From Hypanus sabinus (lineage: Eukaryota), in contig NC_082733.1 of the NCBI RefSeq assembly GCF_030144855.1, positions 27,156,001 to 27,220,000 on the forward strand: 64,000 bases of DNA, written 5' to 3'. A program made the position numbers and the translations under genes. This document shows, one piece after another, positions 11,791 through 25,729 of this stretch. How positions within the stretch are numbered: position 1 is the stretch's first letter; each line of letters opens with the position of its first letter. The notes below the pieces were generated by a model. The model saw only the letters and a program-made list of their open reading frames with translations, did not search any database and was not told the origin of the DNA.

Positions 11791-13373
11791 AAAACGCTGA
11801 AGTTAGTTAATAAAGACTTTTAGCCTGACAATATCCTGAGCCTCTGAACTCTACTTGGAGGTTTCCAAAAATGCTAGTTATTGCCCAAAACTTCAACATG
11901 TTCTTATTTACCCTCTTTAAAGAAAGCATACCATCAGTTCAGTCTGCACTAATAATATCTCGTGGACAAGAAGGAGAAATGATACGATGTTAGAGAATAC
12001 ATCCTTCCCGTGCTTCCTGTAGCCTTGACACTGAATTGCAGAGAGAAAAAATACAAATGTCCTATTGTGTTAATGCTGGCCAAAGAAAAGCTTACCATCC
12101 TAATTTCAGTTTCCAGTTTTAGGTTGGTTGTCAGTTTCAACATTTCAAGTGCATCACCAAGTACTGTTTAATTACTAGAAATTGTGCACAATTCCTTCAA
12201 GTAGGCAGTTCCAGACTACATCAACTTAATGTAGAAATTTCTCATCTTTCTGTCAATTATTTTAAATCTGCACCTCTTGGTTGTTGGCCTCTCTGCTATG
12301 CAAGTCATGATCCTTCTGATTAGTCCTATTTAGGCTGAAGTATTTTTTTTTATTACAGATAACCAAACATGCAGCAGCTTCCTCGATTCCAAATAAAACA
12401 ACCAAGACCTAACCATTTCCAAGTGATGACTAAAATTTCTTCAGTTCTGGCAGTTTTTATTTTTTGTGTACTTTCTATTGTGAGTACATCATTTTATAAT
12501 GTGGTGTATATAATTGTATGGAGTAATCTAGCTGTGGTTAGCCACTGCTTTCTAGCGCAACTTTCCTATTTTTGTATCCTACATTTGGAGGTAAAAACCC
12601 GTGAATGGAAAAATATCAGAGTTTCCTTCGGATACTTCCTTGATATTATTGACTTGAAACAAAATATTAGTAAGCAAAAGGTTCATTTTCTGTGATTTGC
12701 CCGTATTTTCACAAGTGCTCTTGCCAGAACTAAACACATTCTGCTTGTCACAAGAGAAATGTCTACAATGAAGTGCAATGGAGGACAACCGTTGCTGAAA
12801 AAATGTAAACCTATTCAAGATAGCCTAATGACAGCAAAAGTCTAAAAGTTTTATGAAAAATTATCAGATATATGTGCATAGGATAACACAACACAACAGA
12901 ATTGCATTACTGCAGATTTAGGCTCACACGTTAAAAAAAATCATGAAGATAAAAATGAAAAGGCTGATTATAGCACAATCTATACCAAGTATCATTTAGT
13001 TTCAAAGAGCCTTGAAAGGACAGGATACCGATATTTGAGCAGAAGATAGAAACACGGAAATACTATTTCAGACTTAAATATAAAGTGCATCAAGACTAAA
13101 AACAGGATGTCATTAAACATCAACAAATTCTCAGACTAACTTAGTCAAATCAGTAACAGAAGAAATACAAATAAAAAATCTTATCACTGTGGGGATACGT
13201 AAGGAACATGTTTATATCCCCAAGAGACATCTTGATTCTCAGTCTGAATCTTCAGGGTTAGTTCTGATCATTTGTAGGAAAGACACAACTTGAAAGAATA
13301 GATATCAAATGAAAAGACTTCATCATTTTCCATTTATAATTGTGCTTTACATGCACTTTACAACTGAACTGAC

Positions 13374-13471
13374 CTGAATAAACCCCAGAGTACAGCCTTC
13401 TTTTTTATAGCAAGATAAAATAACGCAGCATCCAATGCATCGTTGTTTCGTTGGAAAGCAGCTTTAGCAAC
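13374..13471 (-). CDS. DMXL2: DMXL2 exon ~21 (98 nt)
   Basis: CAG|GTT GCT...TTC AG|GTCAGT; encodes VAKAAFQRNNDALDAALFYLAIKKKAVLWGLFR. Confidence 0.94.
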
Positions 13472-13648
13472 CTGTATGGGAAAAAGGAAAGAAGTATTCC
13501 CATTTCTATACCAGTAACACCGAAGAGATTGGTTAAATTAGAAAACTGTTTCCCTGGGTCATCATAGTTATGAATATAGCAACAGTACTCATCATCAAAT
13601 TTAGTTACAATAATATTTTTTGCTCAACACCAGCTCCAAAAAGGTCCG

Positions 13649-13876
13649 TTGATGATAGCTGAGAAACCAGTTCTTTTTTATCCTGATATAAGTTATAACC
13701 TTTTGAAGAGAAAGAAAGAATTTAATCCAGTTAAAAATGTTTTGTGGGAAAAAGGTTATAAGTTTTTAATGCGTCACCCAGCAACACTGATAATTTTTTT
13801 GGAGGAAGGAAAAAGATTTTTTTCTGATTATCAAGATGCGGAGGTGTTTGCACAAAAACTTTCATCTCTTCGTTAA
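13649..13876 (+). pseudogene. L1 ORF1 C-terminal remnant
   Basis: FYPDIS..LLKRKKEFNPVK..L..KGYKFLMRHPATL matches the L1 ORF1 C-terminal domain pattern. Confidence 0.8.
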
Positions 13877-14329
13877 TTAAAAGTAGAGATTTCTAAATGT
13901 AATGGTTAAAGACGAAGACAGAGAAAGCAAATGGAACTGATGGACATTTAAGGACGATATAAGGGAGAAAAGCAATATTTTAGAAATATTAATTGAGAAT
14001 AGTATGTTTTTTTTATATGTATATTTTTTATGTTGCGGGGGGGCTGGGGAGCTTTGAATCGGTTACTACGGGATTCACGTGTGTAATCATGGCGATTGCC
14101 ATGACCCGTACAATAGAGGGGGGTAATGTTGTGTTTCCTTTCTTTCACAACGTTAGTAGGGGGGTATTTTGTTTTTTTCTTTATTTTCTATTTTTCTTCT
14201 ATTCTTTTGCCTGGATGATTGGTGGGAACACACATAGCAACATGGAGACTTTTAAAAAGATTTCCCAGGATACAATGAAAGTTGAAGGATTAGGTATTAT
14301 TATAGATTGGAGTAACATAAATAAAAATA

Positions 14330-17300
14330 ATGACTAATTTATTGAATTTTTTAAGTTTTAATGTTAATGAGCTTAATGGACCAATAAAAAGAAAAAGAAT
14401 TTTAACATACATTAAAAAAAATGAAAATAGATATAGCTTTCTTACAAGAAACTCATTTAACGGATATAGAACATCAGAAATTAAAAAGAGACTGGGTTGG
14501 AAATGTTATTGCAGCTTCATTTAACTCAAAGGCAAGAGGAGTTGCAATTTTGGTTAATAAAAATTTACCAATTAAAATACAAAATGTATTAATTGATTCG
14601 GCAGGAAGATATTTAATTATACATTGTCAAATTTTTTCAGAACTATGGACTCTTATGAATATTTTTGCACCAAATGAAAATGATGTAAAGTTTATACAGG
14701 AGGTCTTTTTGAATTCGGCTAATGCACATGATAAAATATTAATAGGTGGAGATTTTAATTTTTGTTTAGATCCAGTTTTAGATAGATCAACAAAGGCTAT
14801 TACAAAATCAAAAGTAGCAAAATTAACTCTATCATTGATGAAAGATTTAAATTTGATTGATATATGGAGAATCAATCCAAAAGAAAGGGATTATTCATTC
14901 TATTCAAATAGACATAAAACATATTCAAGGATAGATTTTTTCCTATTATCAACAAATACTCAAGATAGAGTGAAAAACGTGGAATATAAAGCAAGAATAT
15001 TGTCTGATCACTCTCCTTTAATAATGACAATGATAATGATAAAGAGGAATCAATTTATAGATGGAGATTTAATTTAATTTTACTAAAACGTCAAGATTTT
15101 TGTGATTTTATGAAAAAGCAGATTCAGTTCTTTTTAGATACAAATTTACATTCAGTTGATGATAAATTTATATTGTGGGAAGCAATGAAAGCATATTTGA
15201 GAGGCCAGATAATAAGTTATACTTCTAAAATTAAGAAGGAATATATGATAGAAATAGATCAATTGGAAAAAGAGATTATAAAATTAGAAAAAGAATCTCA
15301 AAGAAATATGACAGAAGAAAAACGAAGACAATTTATTAATAAGTTAAAATATAATACACTTCAGACATATCGAACAGAAAAAGCAATTATGAGAACTAAA
15401 CAGAGATATTATGAATTAGGTGAAAGATCACATAAAGTTCTTGCATGGCAGTTAAAAACAGATCAGATTTCTAAAACAATAAATGCAATTCGGACAAAAG
15501 TGAATGAAATTACTTATAAACCTCTAGAAATTAATGAGGCTTTTAAGAATTTTTATTCTGAGTTGTATAAATCAGAATCAAAGAATGATGACGTTAAGAT
15601 AGAAGAATTTTTATCACAAATAACTCTTCCAAAATTAAATACAGAAGAACAGAAGGGATTAGGTATGTCTTTTACATTGAAGGAAGTTGAAGAAGCTTTG
15701 GGATCACTTCAAAGTAATAAATCTCCAGGAGAAGATGGTTTTCCACCTGAATTTTATAAAAAGTTTAAAGATTTATTAATTCCTCCTTTTATGGAGTTAA
15801 TATATCAAGCAGAAAGAACGCATAAACTTCCAGAATCTTTTTCAACAGCTATTTTAATAGTATTGCCAAAAAAAGACAGATCTTTTAAAACCAGCATCAT
15901 ATAGACCTATTTCTTTATTAAACACCGATTATAAAATAATAGCAAAAATCTTATCTAATAGATTATCTAAATGCTTACCAAAATTAGTGCATATGGATCA
16001 AACAGGATTTATCAAAAATAGACAATCGGCAGATAATGTAACTCGGTTATTTAGTATAATCCATTTAGCACAAAAGAGGGAGGAAATGAGTGTGGCAGTT
16101 GCTTTAGATGCAGAAAAATGGGATTTTTTATTTAAGGTATTGGAAAAATATGGACTAGGAACATCATTTATAAAATGGATTAAAACCTTAAATACTAATC
16201 CCAAAGCTAAAGTAGTGACAAATGGTCAAATTTCAACATCATTTCAGTTAACAAGATCAACTCGGCAAGGTTGCCCACTATCACCTGCTTTATTTGTGTT
16301 GGCAATAGAACCACTAGCTGAATTAATTAGAATGGACCCAGATATTAAAGGTTTCAGAGTTAATCAGGAAGAATACAAGATTAACTTATTTGCTGATGAT
16401 GTTCTACTTTATTTAACAGATCCATTACATTCACTACGCAAATTATCTTATAGACTAGAAGAATATGGGAAAATATCGGGTTATAAAATAAATTGGGATA
16501 AAAGTGAAATTTTACCTCTTACTAAAGGAGATTATATTCAATGTCGATTAATAACTCAATTTAGATGGCCAGCAAATGGTATAAAATATTTAGGTATAAG
16601 AGTCGATAATGATATAAAAAACTTATACAAATTAAATTACTTACCACTTTTGAAAAAAATTCAGGAAGATCTTGAAAAATGGATGGCATTACCAATAACA
16701 TTAGTAGGTAGAATAAATACTATAAAAATGAATATATTCCCTAGACTACAATATTTATTTCAATCATTACCAATACAATTACCCCAGAAGTTTTTTCAAG
16801 AGTTAAACAAATATGTGAGGAAATACCTCTGGAAAGGTAAGATGTCAAGAATATCGTTGGAAAAATTGACATGGAAATTTGATCTAGGAGGATTACAACT
16901 TCCAAATTTTAAGAATTATTATAAAGCAAATCAACTTAGATTTATTGCATCTTTTTTCGAGAAAGATAAACCGGCATGGATTAGAATAGAATTAGATAAA
17001 ATAGGAGAAAATGTACCAGAAGATTTTATATACAAATGGGAATCTAAATGGATACGGGAAAAGAAAGAATCTCCTATATTAAAACATTTGATTGATTTAT
17101 GGAATAAGATAAATGTTGATGATGAGACAAAAAAATCTTTATTAGCAAAGAGATCTTTAATTCAAAATAGACTTATTCCTTTCACAATGGACAATCAACT
17201 TTTATATAATTGGATTCAAAATGGGATTAGATATATAGGGAATTGTTTTGAAGGAGGTATATTAATGTCATTTGATCAATTAAAGAATAAATATAAAATA

Positions 17301-18077
17301 TCAAACAACACTTTATTTTGTTACTTTCAATTAAGGGCGTATTTAAGAGAAAAATTAGGTCAAACAATGTTATTGCCGAAATCTAATGAAATAGAAATTT
17401 TAATTCAAAAAGGAAATATTAAAAAAATTATATTTTGCATGTATAACTTGATTCAAAGACAGGTAATTAAACAAGGAGTCCATAAGTCAAGACAAAAATG
17501 GGAAAGTGATTTGAATATTAAAATTGAAGAAACAAATTGGTCAAGACTATGTCTTGATAGTATGACAAATACAATAAATGTTCGGTTAAGATTAGTGCAG
17601 TATAATTTTCTACATCAATTATATATTACACCACAAAAAATAAAAAAATTAAATCCAAATTTATCGGATCAGTGTTTCCGATGTAACCAGGAAACTGGTA
17701 CTTTTTTACATTCGACATGGTCTTGCTCTAAAATTCAACCTTTTTGGACAAATTTAAGACTTTTACTGGAACAAATTACAGGAACACAACTTCCTCATAA
17801 TCCAATATTATTTTTACTAGGTGATATTGAAGGGATAAAACTGAAACTCAAACTAAATAAGTATCAGAAAGAATTTATAAAAATTGCACTGGCAGTAGCC
17901 AAAAAAGCTATTGCAGTTACTTGGAAATCGGATACACATTTAAGTATAGATTCTTGGAAGAAAGAAATCTATGGTTGTATTCCATTAGAAAAAATTACTT
18001 ATAATTTAAGAGATAAATATGAAACATTTCTGAAAATTTGGAGCCCTTATTTACAAAAGACAGGATTAAATATATAG
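14330..18077 (+). pseudogene. L1 ORF2 (APE endonuclease, reverse transcriptase, CCHC-like), disrupted
   Basis: Motifs SFNVN, DIAFLQETHL, IGGDFN, SRIDFF, LSDHSP; KSPGEDGFP.EFYK, QGCPLSP, LFADD, IKYLGI; CFRC...HSTWSC. Frameshifts near 14420, 15040 and 15880, and an in-frame loss of the AFDRxE segment after DAEK. Confidence 0.93.
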
Positions 18078-18809
18078 ATGCTCTGAAGATGAAACAATTG
18101 GTTATTAGGGGAAAGAAATAAATATACATATTAAAGTTGTTACGAATTCCATGGAGCATGTGGAGATCTTCCAACAACCAGGCATTCTTTCTTTCTTTCT
18201 TTCTTTCTTTCTTTTTTTCTATAGGGCAGTTAGGGAGGAGGGGTTAAGGGGAGGGGGTAAGGGTTATATACATTGTTTTTTCATACTTTGTAACCATTTA
18301 AAAATGCAATAAAAAAAGTTTTTAAAAAAAAAACACCAGCTCCAAGACAGTGTCAGCATTCAGTAATGACAACACATCATGCTTAATGTGAATCGCATTT
18401 AAGAATTCACAACCTTGCACAAATTCATTCAAAATACTTGCATAAAATTAAAATTGCAATTGCAACATATGCGTAAGGGAAAGTTTAAAGCAAAATTTAA
18501 CATTTTTTACATGGAATTGTGAAACATTTATGTGAAGGACTCATAATTTACACAGTTAAAGTGAAAGTTTCATGCTAGGCTATTATGCTAAGGGTTAAAC
18601 ACTGCATTTAGTATGTCATTAAAAGTAATTTAATAGGACAGACTGTGCGGAACCTAACTTTTGCCCAAGTTCCCTAGCATTTGACTGGGCTGGATCCTGA
18701 TCTCACCTATTGTCTTTAACATGTATGCCTTAGAGAACAAGGTGCCAAACAAGGTCCCCAGGTATGCTAGAAACCAGGAATTGGAGCTCTGCCTTTTGTC
18801 AAAGTTCAT

Positions 18810-18982
18810 AATTTATTTAGAGGCAGATACATTAAGTTAGGGACATTTAAGAAACTCTTAGATAGCCTTTTCTATCGATCATGTGCCTACGTAGGAAGGA
18901 AGGGTTAGAATGATCTTAAAGAGTACATTAAAAGCTCAGCACAACAGCATTAGTCAAAGGGCCTGTACTGTTCTATGTTCTA
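18810..18982 (+). mobile_element. CR1 LINE 3' tail fragment
   Basis: gaggcagatac...gggacatttaagaaactcttagatag...gggcctgtactgttctatgttcta tail, shared with 48300-48845. Confidence 0.65.
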
Positions 18983-21124
18983 AATGCTAATTAAAATATG
19001 TAAATATAACCTATATTAAACACTTACAGATTGACAAATGTGAAGTGAAATCTGCAGAAAAAAAACATTTGCGCTCCAAATTCTTCCAACTGCAAATGCC
19101 CATTCAAACATACTGATTTTCAACACGACCCCAAGTCTGCCTAGAGCAGCACAGGTAGTAGGTTGCCCAGTGCAACACCACAGAACCTAGCAAGGCTGAG
19201 CTCTACCATTCCATATCATTTGGAATCCAGGTTACTTAAAAAGTTTTATGAAAATATGCAATGCAAATTATTTCAGCAAAGGAGACAAAGAAATGATATA
19301 CTCCAATGTATATGTTGCACAACAATAAAGTTTTCCTAAATTTACTTTACTTTCTATAATATTTTAAAAAGAATAACTTAGTTTTACAGATAGTTCATAA
19401 AACTAAAAGCCAGGACAAAATGCTCAAGACAATTTCAAAAAATACATATTAACAGCAATAGGTTACAATCACATAATGGCATTAATATTGACAAAAGTTG
19501 CAAAACTCTTCAGAGTACAAAAAGAACAGATCCTGATTATAAAAAGAAATAATATTAAACTTGACCGAAGTGCTTTTAGAGGAGATAAAGACGAGGAAGC
19601 AAAGGGGTCCGGAAACAGACCTCCAGAGTGTAGGATAATCTGTGAACTAGAGGCCGGAATCAGAGAAACGACATTTGTGAGAGGTGGCCAGACTACAGAC
19701 TATGGTGATGGGGGAGGGAAAGGTTGAGGGCAATAACAAGTTTAAATTGGAAATATAGGATCCAACTTAAAGTGGCTGTGATGGACATTTGTGATTTGAG
19801 GACTGATTTTAACATGCTTTTCTCAGCAGTAATAGTCAAAACTGCTAAACACCACATACTGCTCCATTGTTGCTAGACTTCTACATCAAAATTTCTACCA
19901 CCATGGTTAATAGCCATTTTCATTGGTAGCTCTGTCCCTACAATTTATGAGCAAATATTGAAATATTTTCTTCCAACCTGCAGCCATTTTAATGTTATTG
20001 TAATACTGTACACTGTCAACATTTCATTAGCAGTGCCATAAAAATAATGTAATAAACATGTATTCTACTAAAAATGATGAGAAATTCATAAATGAAGCAA
20101 GGAGAAACACTCTTCACTCAGTGAGGGTAATAAACCAGGGATGAATCAATGCCGGATTTGATTTGTCTCTAGACCCCAGGCAGACTGATTGAGTTGGGGA
20201 TCAGGTACAAGAGTGGAAAAAACAATTCCAGCGTAGACTACTATCAGAATAATTTCTTCTTCAATTTTCTCTTCTAGATTCATATCAGCCCATCAAAGGA
20301 CAATGGACATTGGCAGCATATGATACCTCAGTAAATAGTTATAATCTACAAGTCCAGACAGTGAGGCTCCAGGAAGGTCCCCCCCCCCCACCCCCCCACC
20401 ACAACCATAATTAACTGAACTTAGCATTTACCTAGAAAGTGACCTTTCATCTCCTGACTTCATTTATTCTGGTTCTAATGACACTAGCCAAGTCTGCATA
20501 ACTGAACGTTCAGACTAAAATGAAATATAGTGTTATTCTTATCTGCTTAATTCTGTACTAAATTAAGAGATATGCATACTTAATAATCACTTGAAGACTA
20601 TACCAAAGCTGTTTAAGGTAATTCAGTCAGCAGCTTAATTATGTAACTCTATTTTTTCTGGCAATAATTATGTGACTTTTCCCATACAAAAAAATGTAAA
20701 TTAGCCATAATTCTACCAAAACAAAAATCTTAGCTACTTAGCAACTTCAAAAGAACCAGACTACATAAAAACAGAAGGCACTACATAACCACAACTTACT
20801 CATGTTGTGAAGAGATAATAAGGAAATAAGCATGAAATATTCCATCTTAAACCGAGAATGATCAGTTTGCATTGCAAATGCACAAAACATTTCTTAATTA
20901 CATAAAACATTCGAGGCAGATTAAAAACAAAATTCATTTTCACCTGCATTGTATGACACATTTTTAAATGCTTCCCAACCAAAACAGCAGCATAACAGGC
21001 AGTAACTAACTAACCAAAACATCACACTCTCCTCACAAATTATATAAGCTACATTTTACCTTAATGCATTTATATACTTTCATGACTATTGTTTGGAGTT
21101 GGTAAGATGTTAGAAACGCAATAC

Positions 21125-21294
21125 CTTCTCAATGCATTTGCGGAGTGTATTAATATTTCGAATCCACCAGCCCACTCCCATGGCTTTCAGATCAGACCAC
21201 TGAGGATCCCCTTTCTGTATGGCAGGGATCATATTAAGCAACTCTTCCTCAGCTTCAGAATGAAAGGCCCAGGCAAAGTGGCATGTAGACAAGC
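21125..21294 (-). CDS. DMXL2: DMXL2 exon ~20 (170 nt)
   Basis: CAG|GC TTG...AAG|GTATT; encodes GLSTCHFAWAFHSEAEEELLNMIP...GWWIRNINTLRKCIEK. Confidence 0.95.
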
Positions 21295-21773
21295 CTGCAA
21301 AATGCAAGAACAGTGTTTTCATCCAGAGTTTTGGCTCAAGTAGTTGTATTAAAAGTATTCAAAAATACCAGTCCAGTTTCATTGTATAAAGTTAGCAGCT
21401 GAAAACTACTATCATGATTGATCTATGCTAGAAAAGTCTTAACAGAATATGACTGAGTCCTATTTGTAATACAAGTTAAAACTACCTATTATAAATATTT
21501 GTTTCTCTTGGTTATAAAGCTCTGCTTCATTACTTCTTACAAATCAAAATTTCCCTTAATTTTCTTGCATGATTTCCCAGCCATATTGATATTGATCTGC
21601 CTTTAATCCTGTCCATAGGATGAAGATTCACAATTACAATAATCAATATCTTTGATACATGAGACCACCCACTCTCAGTTTGCCCATGGTGCTCAGCATG
21701 AGCAACCATTCCATTCACCTGCTTTGTTCTTTATATATGATCTTACTCCATATAATAGTCATCAGACAAGATG

Positions 21774-22084
21774 AAGATTAGCTTTACTTGTCACATTAAC
21801 ATCAAAATATCAAAAAATACTGTGAAGTGCACCGTTTGTGTCAATGGTCATCACAGTCTGAGAATACGCTGGGGGCAGCCAACAAATTTCGTCATGCTTC
21901 CAGCACTAACGTAGCATGCCTACAACTTACTAACCGGTATGTCTTTGGAATGTGGAAGGAAACCTGATCACCTGGAAGAAACCCACACAGCCATAGCGGG
22001 AACATACAAACTCGTTACAGATAGCAATGAGAATTGAATTCTGATCGCTGGCACTGCAAAGCTAACCACTACGCTACTGTGCCC
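21774..22084 (-). mobile_element. tRNA-derived V-SINE-like element
   Basis: Minus strand begins GGGCACAGTAGCGTAGTGGTTAGC (A-box-like), followed by a V-domain-like core and the family tail. Confidence 0.75.
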
Positions 22085-23829
22085 CCTTTTCCAAAGGTGA
22101 CTTTTCTTCTAACTCATGACTACAGTGTTATTCCCTGTGTACTCCAAAGTTTCCTCCTTAGCTTCTCTCATTATTATTTATCTCAACATCTATATGTTAT
22201 TCAAACATAGCAGCTCAATTTCCTCATTTTACAAGTTCAATCATTCAATGTTACAACTACTATTGTTTTAAGCTTATTGTGGTTCAATGAGAACTATTTT
22301 AACCAAACAATGAAAAGACCAAAGCCAGTTTATTCTGCCTTGACTCCAACTACTTCCATTCAATATTAATTAATCTACAATCATTACCTTAAGTTCCTGG
22401 TTGGAACTACTGTCATTTAGACAACTACAACTTCATGACTTCTATTTACTAAGTTCTGAGCTTCTGGAGATTCTGAGTTTTCATATCAAGTTGCATACTA
22501 TAAACTTAGAATTCACTTGGAATAGGACTGTTCAGTGTTCTGATAAAAAGCAGAAATTGAATAGAGGTTAATAGATTAATTCTTAGTAGAATTCTGCCAA
22601 CTCAAAATAAATTATGGAACAGGCCTCCAGGCAAGGAAACTGGACAGTTCCAATAGCAGTGCACATTTTAACAGGGATAAGAATAGTTAACCTTTGCTAA
22701 TGGTGCCCTTGTTGTTTTGCATCACAAAGGCAATCAGCTTGGTAAATTGCTTTGTATCCACATTACAAAAATCCAGCAATCAGCCAACATAATACCTTCT
22801 AAAAATGGAGAAAATTGTAAAGAAAAATATGAAGTTTGTTATTAAACCAATAATGATATTCTCTATTATTACCATTTCAGGATAAATTAATGGTTGATGG
22901 TTAACACTGCCAAAGCCTAAACAAACTTAAAACACTTTTACCATAGATCTGGCACATGTTAGCTTTTTTTTGAAAGAAACAAAAATCTTTCCATTATCAC
23001 TTTTTTTTCTAGATTAATTGTATTTTAAAGAACAGTGAGAATTTAAGGTACGTTATTACAGACAAAACATTTTCAAACACTCATTATCTTTCACATTGCA
23101 GATTCCCAATTAGTTCCTTCTCCCAGCCAACAGCTAGGGATGGAGGCAAAATGTCAGGAGATAAATGGTAACAACAGGTAACAAAAGAGGAGGTTCACTT
23201 TGCCTTTGTCCTTCTCTTTGGTCAGCCTGCTTCAGAACGTGCTAAAGCGTTCAGTTTACATTTCAGTCAAATCTAGTACTTACAGATTTTTGATAGCAAG
23301 CATGATGGGGAAAAATGTAAGAAGGGGGCACCAGAGCAAAGAGTCTTGAGGGCTTAAGGCAAAGAGGAAGATGCGGTTAGATAGCGAGGGACATCTATAA
23401 TACAATGAGACAGGTGAAGAAATAGCTGCTACTTGTAATTGAAAATGAGTGAAGAGAAAATAAGTGGCTCAATATGCAGTGTTAAGCTGCTGAGATAGTG
23501 GAACCCAGAAGCTACAAGTGACAAAATCTTGAAGTTGATTCACTGTGACGTAGGAAACTTAATGCGTTCAGTAATAAGGGCTAATGGAGACATCAGTATA
23601 TGACAGACAATTAGTTACCTCAGTAGAACTACAATTTCATGTATAGTACTACAGATTAGAATGTGATGGGTCCATATAATGGTTCCAGGTTCCTTTCACC
23701 CCACTAAGAGGAAATATTTACAAATCACTTAAATATAGTTAATTCTGAGACTTGCACAAGTAAAACAACAGTAACAATTACCCTTTAAGTAATTAAATTA
23801 CACTTTGATACTTTACCCAAATCTCATAC

Positions 23830-23937
23830 CTTGATGTAAAAGCTGAAGTCTATAAACTGGAGGCAGTGACGTCAAGAGGCAAATATGCAAGCGCATGGCA
23901 AGCAAATAACGTAAGCCGCATTCATCCAAAGTTTCAC
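23830..23937 (-). CDS. DMXL2: DMXL2 exon ~19 (108 nt; GAG acceptor)
   Basis: TTTGAG|GT GAA ACT...CAA G|GTATG; encodes GETLDECGLRYLLAMRLHICLLTSLPPVYRLQLLHQ. The 5' boundary is less certain (see findings). Confidence 0.88.
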
Positions 23938-24051
23938 CTCAAATTAAAAAAAGATTTTACTTTACAATATACAGGGCCATCATGATATGCTTACATTTAC
24001 TATATGTATACTTATTACTACATTAGTTTTCCTAAATAAGTTCCAATAGAA

Positions 24052-24915
24052 TACAGGAGCCCCTTAGGGCTGTGAACTGAGTCCCCTCCTTTACTTCCTG
24101 TACACCCATGACAGAATTACCACCCACAGCTCCAATTTGCTAAGCCGACGAGACTACATTGATTGGCCGTATCTCAAAGGATAACGAGGTGACCTACAAG
24201 AAAGAAATCATTTCTCTGACACGGTGGTGTCAAGAAAACAACCTTTCCCTCAATGTTGCAAAAACAAAGGAGCTGGTTGTGTATTACAGGAGGGATGGAG
24301 ATGGTCTAACCCCTATTGACATCAATGGATCTGGGGGTCGAGGGGGCATTCCTCAGCATTCACATCACCGAGGTCCTCATGTGGTCTGTACACACCAGCC
24401 GTGTGGTGAAAAATGCACAACAGCGCCTCTTTCACACAAGATGTTTGAGGAAGTTTGGTATGGGCCCCCAAATCCCAAGAACTTTCTACAGGGGCACAAT
24501 TGAGAGTATCCTTTCTGGCTGCATCACTGCCTGGCATAGGAACTGTACCTCCCTTAATCGTAGGACTTTGCAGAGAGAGGTGCGGACAGCCCAGCTCATC
24601 TGTAGTTGTGAACTTCCCATGATTCAGGACATTTACAAGGACAGGTGTGTAAAAAGAGCCTGTAGGATCATTGGGGACCCAAACCATCCCAACCACAATC
24701 TATTCCAGCTGCTACCATCTGAGAGGTGGTATTGCAGCATAAAAGCCAGGACCAACAGGCTCTGAGTCAGCTTCCTCCACCAGGCCATCAGACTGATGAA
24801 CTCACACTGATTTGAGTACACATTTATTACAAATTACCATGATTGCACATTGAGATGAAGACGTAACAAAGATTTTTACTTCTCATGTATGTGAAGAATA
24901 TAAGAAATAAAGTCA
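24052..24915 (+). mobile_element. Rex1/Babar-type LINE 3' fragment
   Basis: P.GCELSPLL, WCQENNLSLNVAKTKELVV, AQQRLF..R.LRKFG, FYRGTIESILSGCITAW, LLPS.R.Y.SIKART.RL; AATAAA at the tail. Confidence 0.85.
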
Positions 24916-25729
24916 AGAATATTAATACATTTAAAAATAGTGCAATAACATCTAAAATTAGTTTTATTGATTTTTTTGGGAAATAAGTATATTTAAAAGT
25001 TAATTCAATTCACTTGAACATTTGTACTATTTAAAAATAATTCCATTCCTGACATGCACATCAACTGTTAAATACATTGAATCCAGTACAAAAATGTTAT
25101 ACACTTCATTCTGAAGTGTGCCAAGTTGGAGAGAAAAAGATTTAAATTCCAAGGCCTACCATACAAATAAGTAAATGTCAAATAAAATGTTTACAAAGGC
25201 TTATTAATATCCTTATAGTTCATATCAATGTATGTAGAGTATACACAAAACTAGTTCTTCAGTAATATGGAAGTAATATATTAATCATAACTAGAAAATG
25301 TTAACCACTTGACCCACCAGATTTTCTCCCTGGCATGACCCATGGTTCACTCTTTTTAAATAATTATTTTCAAAGATTCAGTTGTCTTTCGATAACTTTA
25401 AGAGACAGCAATAGACTGAACTTCAGAAGGAATTCTTATCTTGATAAATTTAAGCCAAAGATAATGAGCTAATCAATGGAAGTGAACCCACAGCCATATA
25501 GAACTCCCTTGTTTTTGAAACAGAATCTTGTGTATTTTTTTTTAATATACAGGTCCACCTGATAGAACAGATGATAAAATGTCTTTGACCTCAAATATTG
25601 AGCCCATTTCTCTTACCACCGATGTTACCTAATGTCCCAAATGTTTCTTGTATTTTCTGGTTTTTATTTACTTTTAATACCAGTTTTTTTTTTAATGTCG
25701 AAACATGAAATTGGAGATTCTAATCATTA

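Larger units (their letters stand above)
13640..18331 (+). mobile_element. L1-clade LINE, 5'-truncated inside ORF1, antisense to DMXL2
   Basis: 14-bp TSD AACACCAGCTCCAA at 13626-13639 and 18332-18345; AATAAA at 18308-18313 plus an A-rich tail; ORF1 C-terminus and near-complete ORF2. Confidence 0.95.

Noticed and set aside
13993-14337. 114-aa hydrophobic ORF between L1 ORF1 and ORF2
   Set aside because: It has a TTG start and T-rich low-complexity sequence; most likely non-coding spacer unless conserved in the family consensus.
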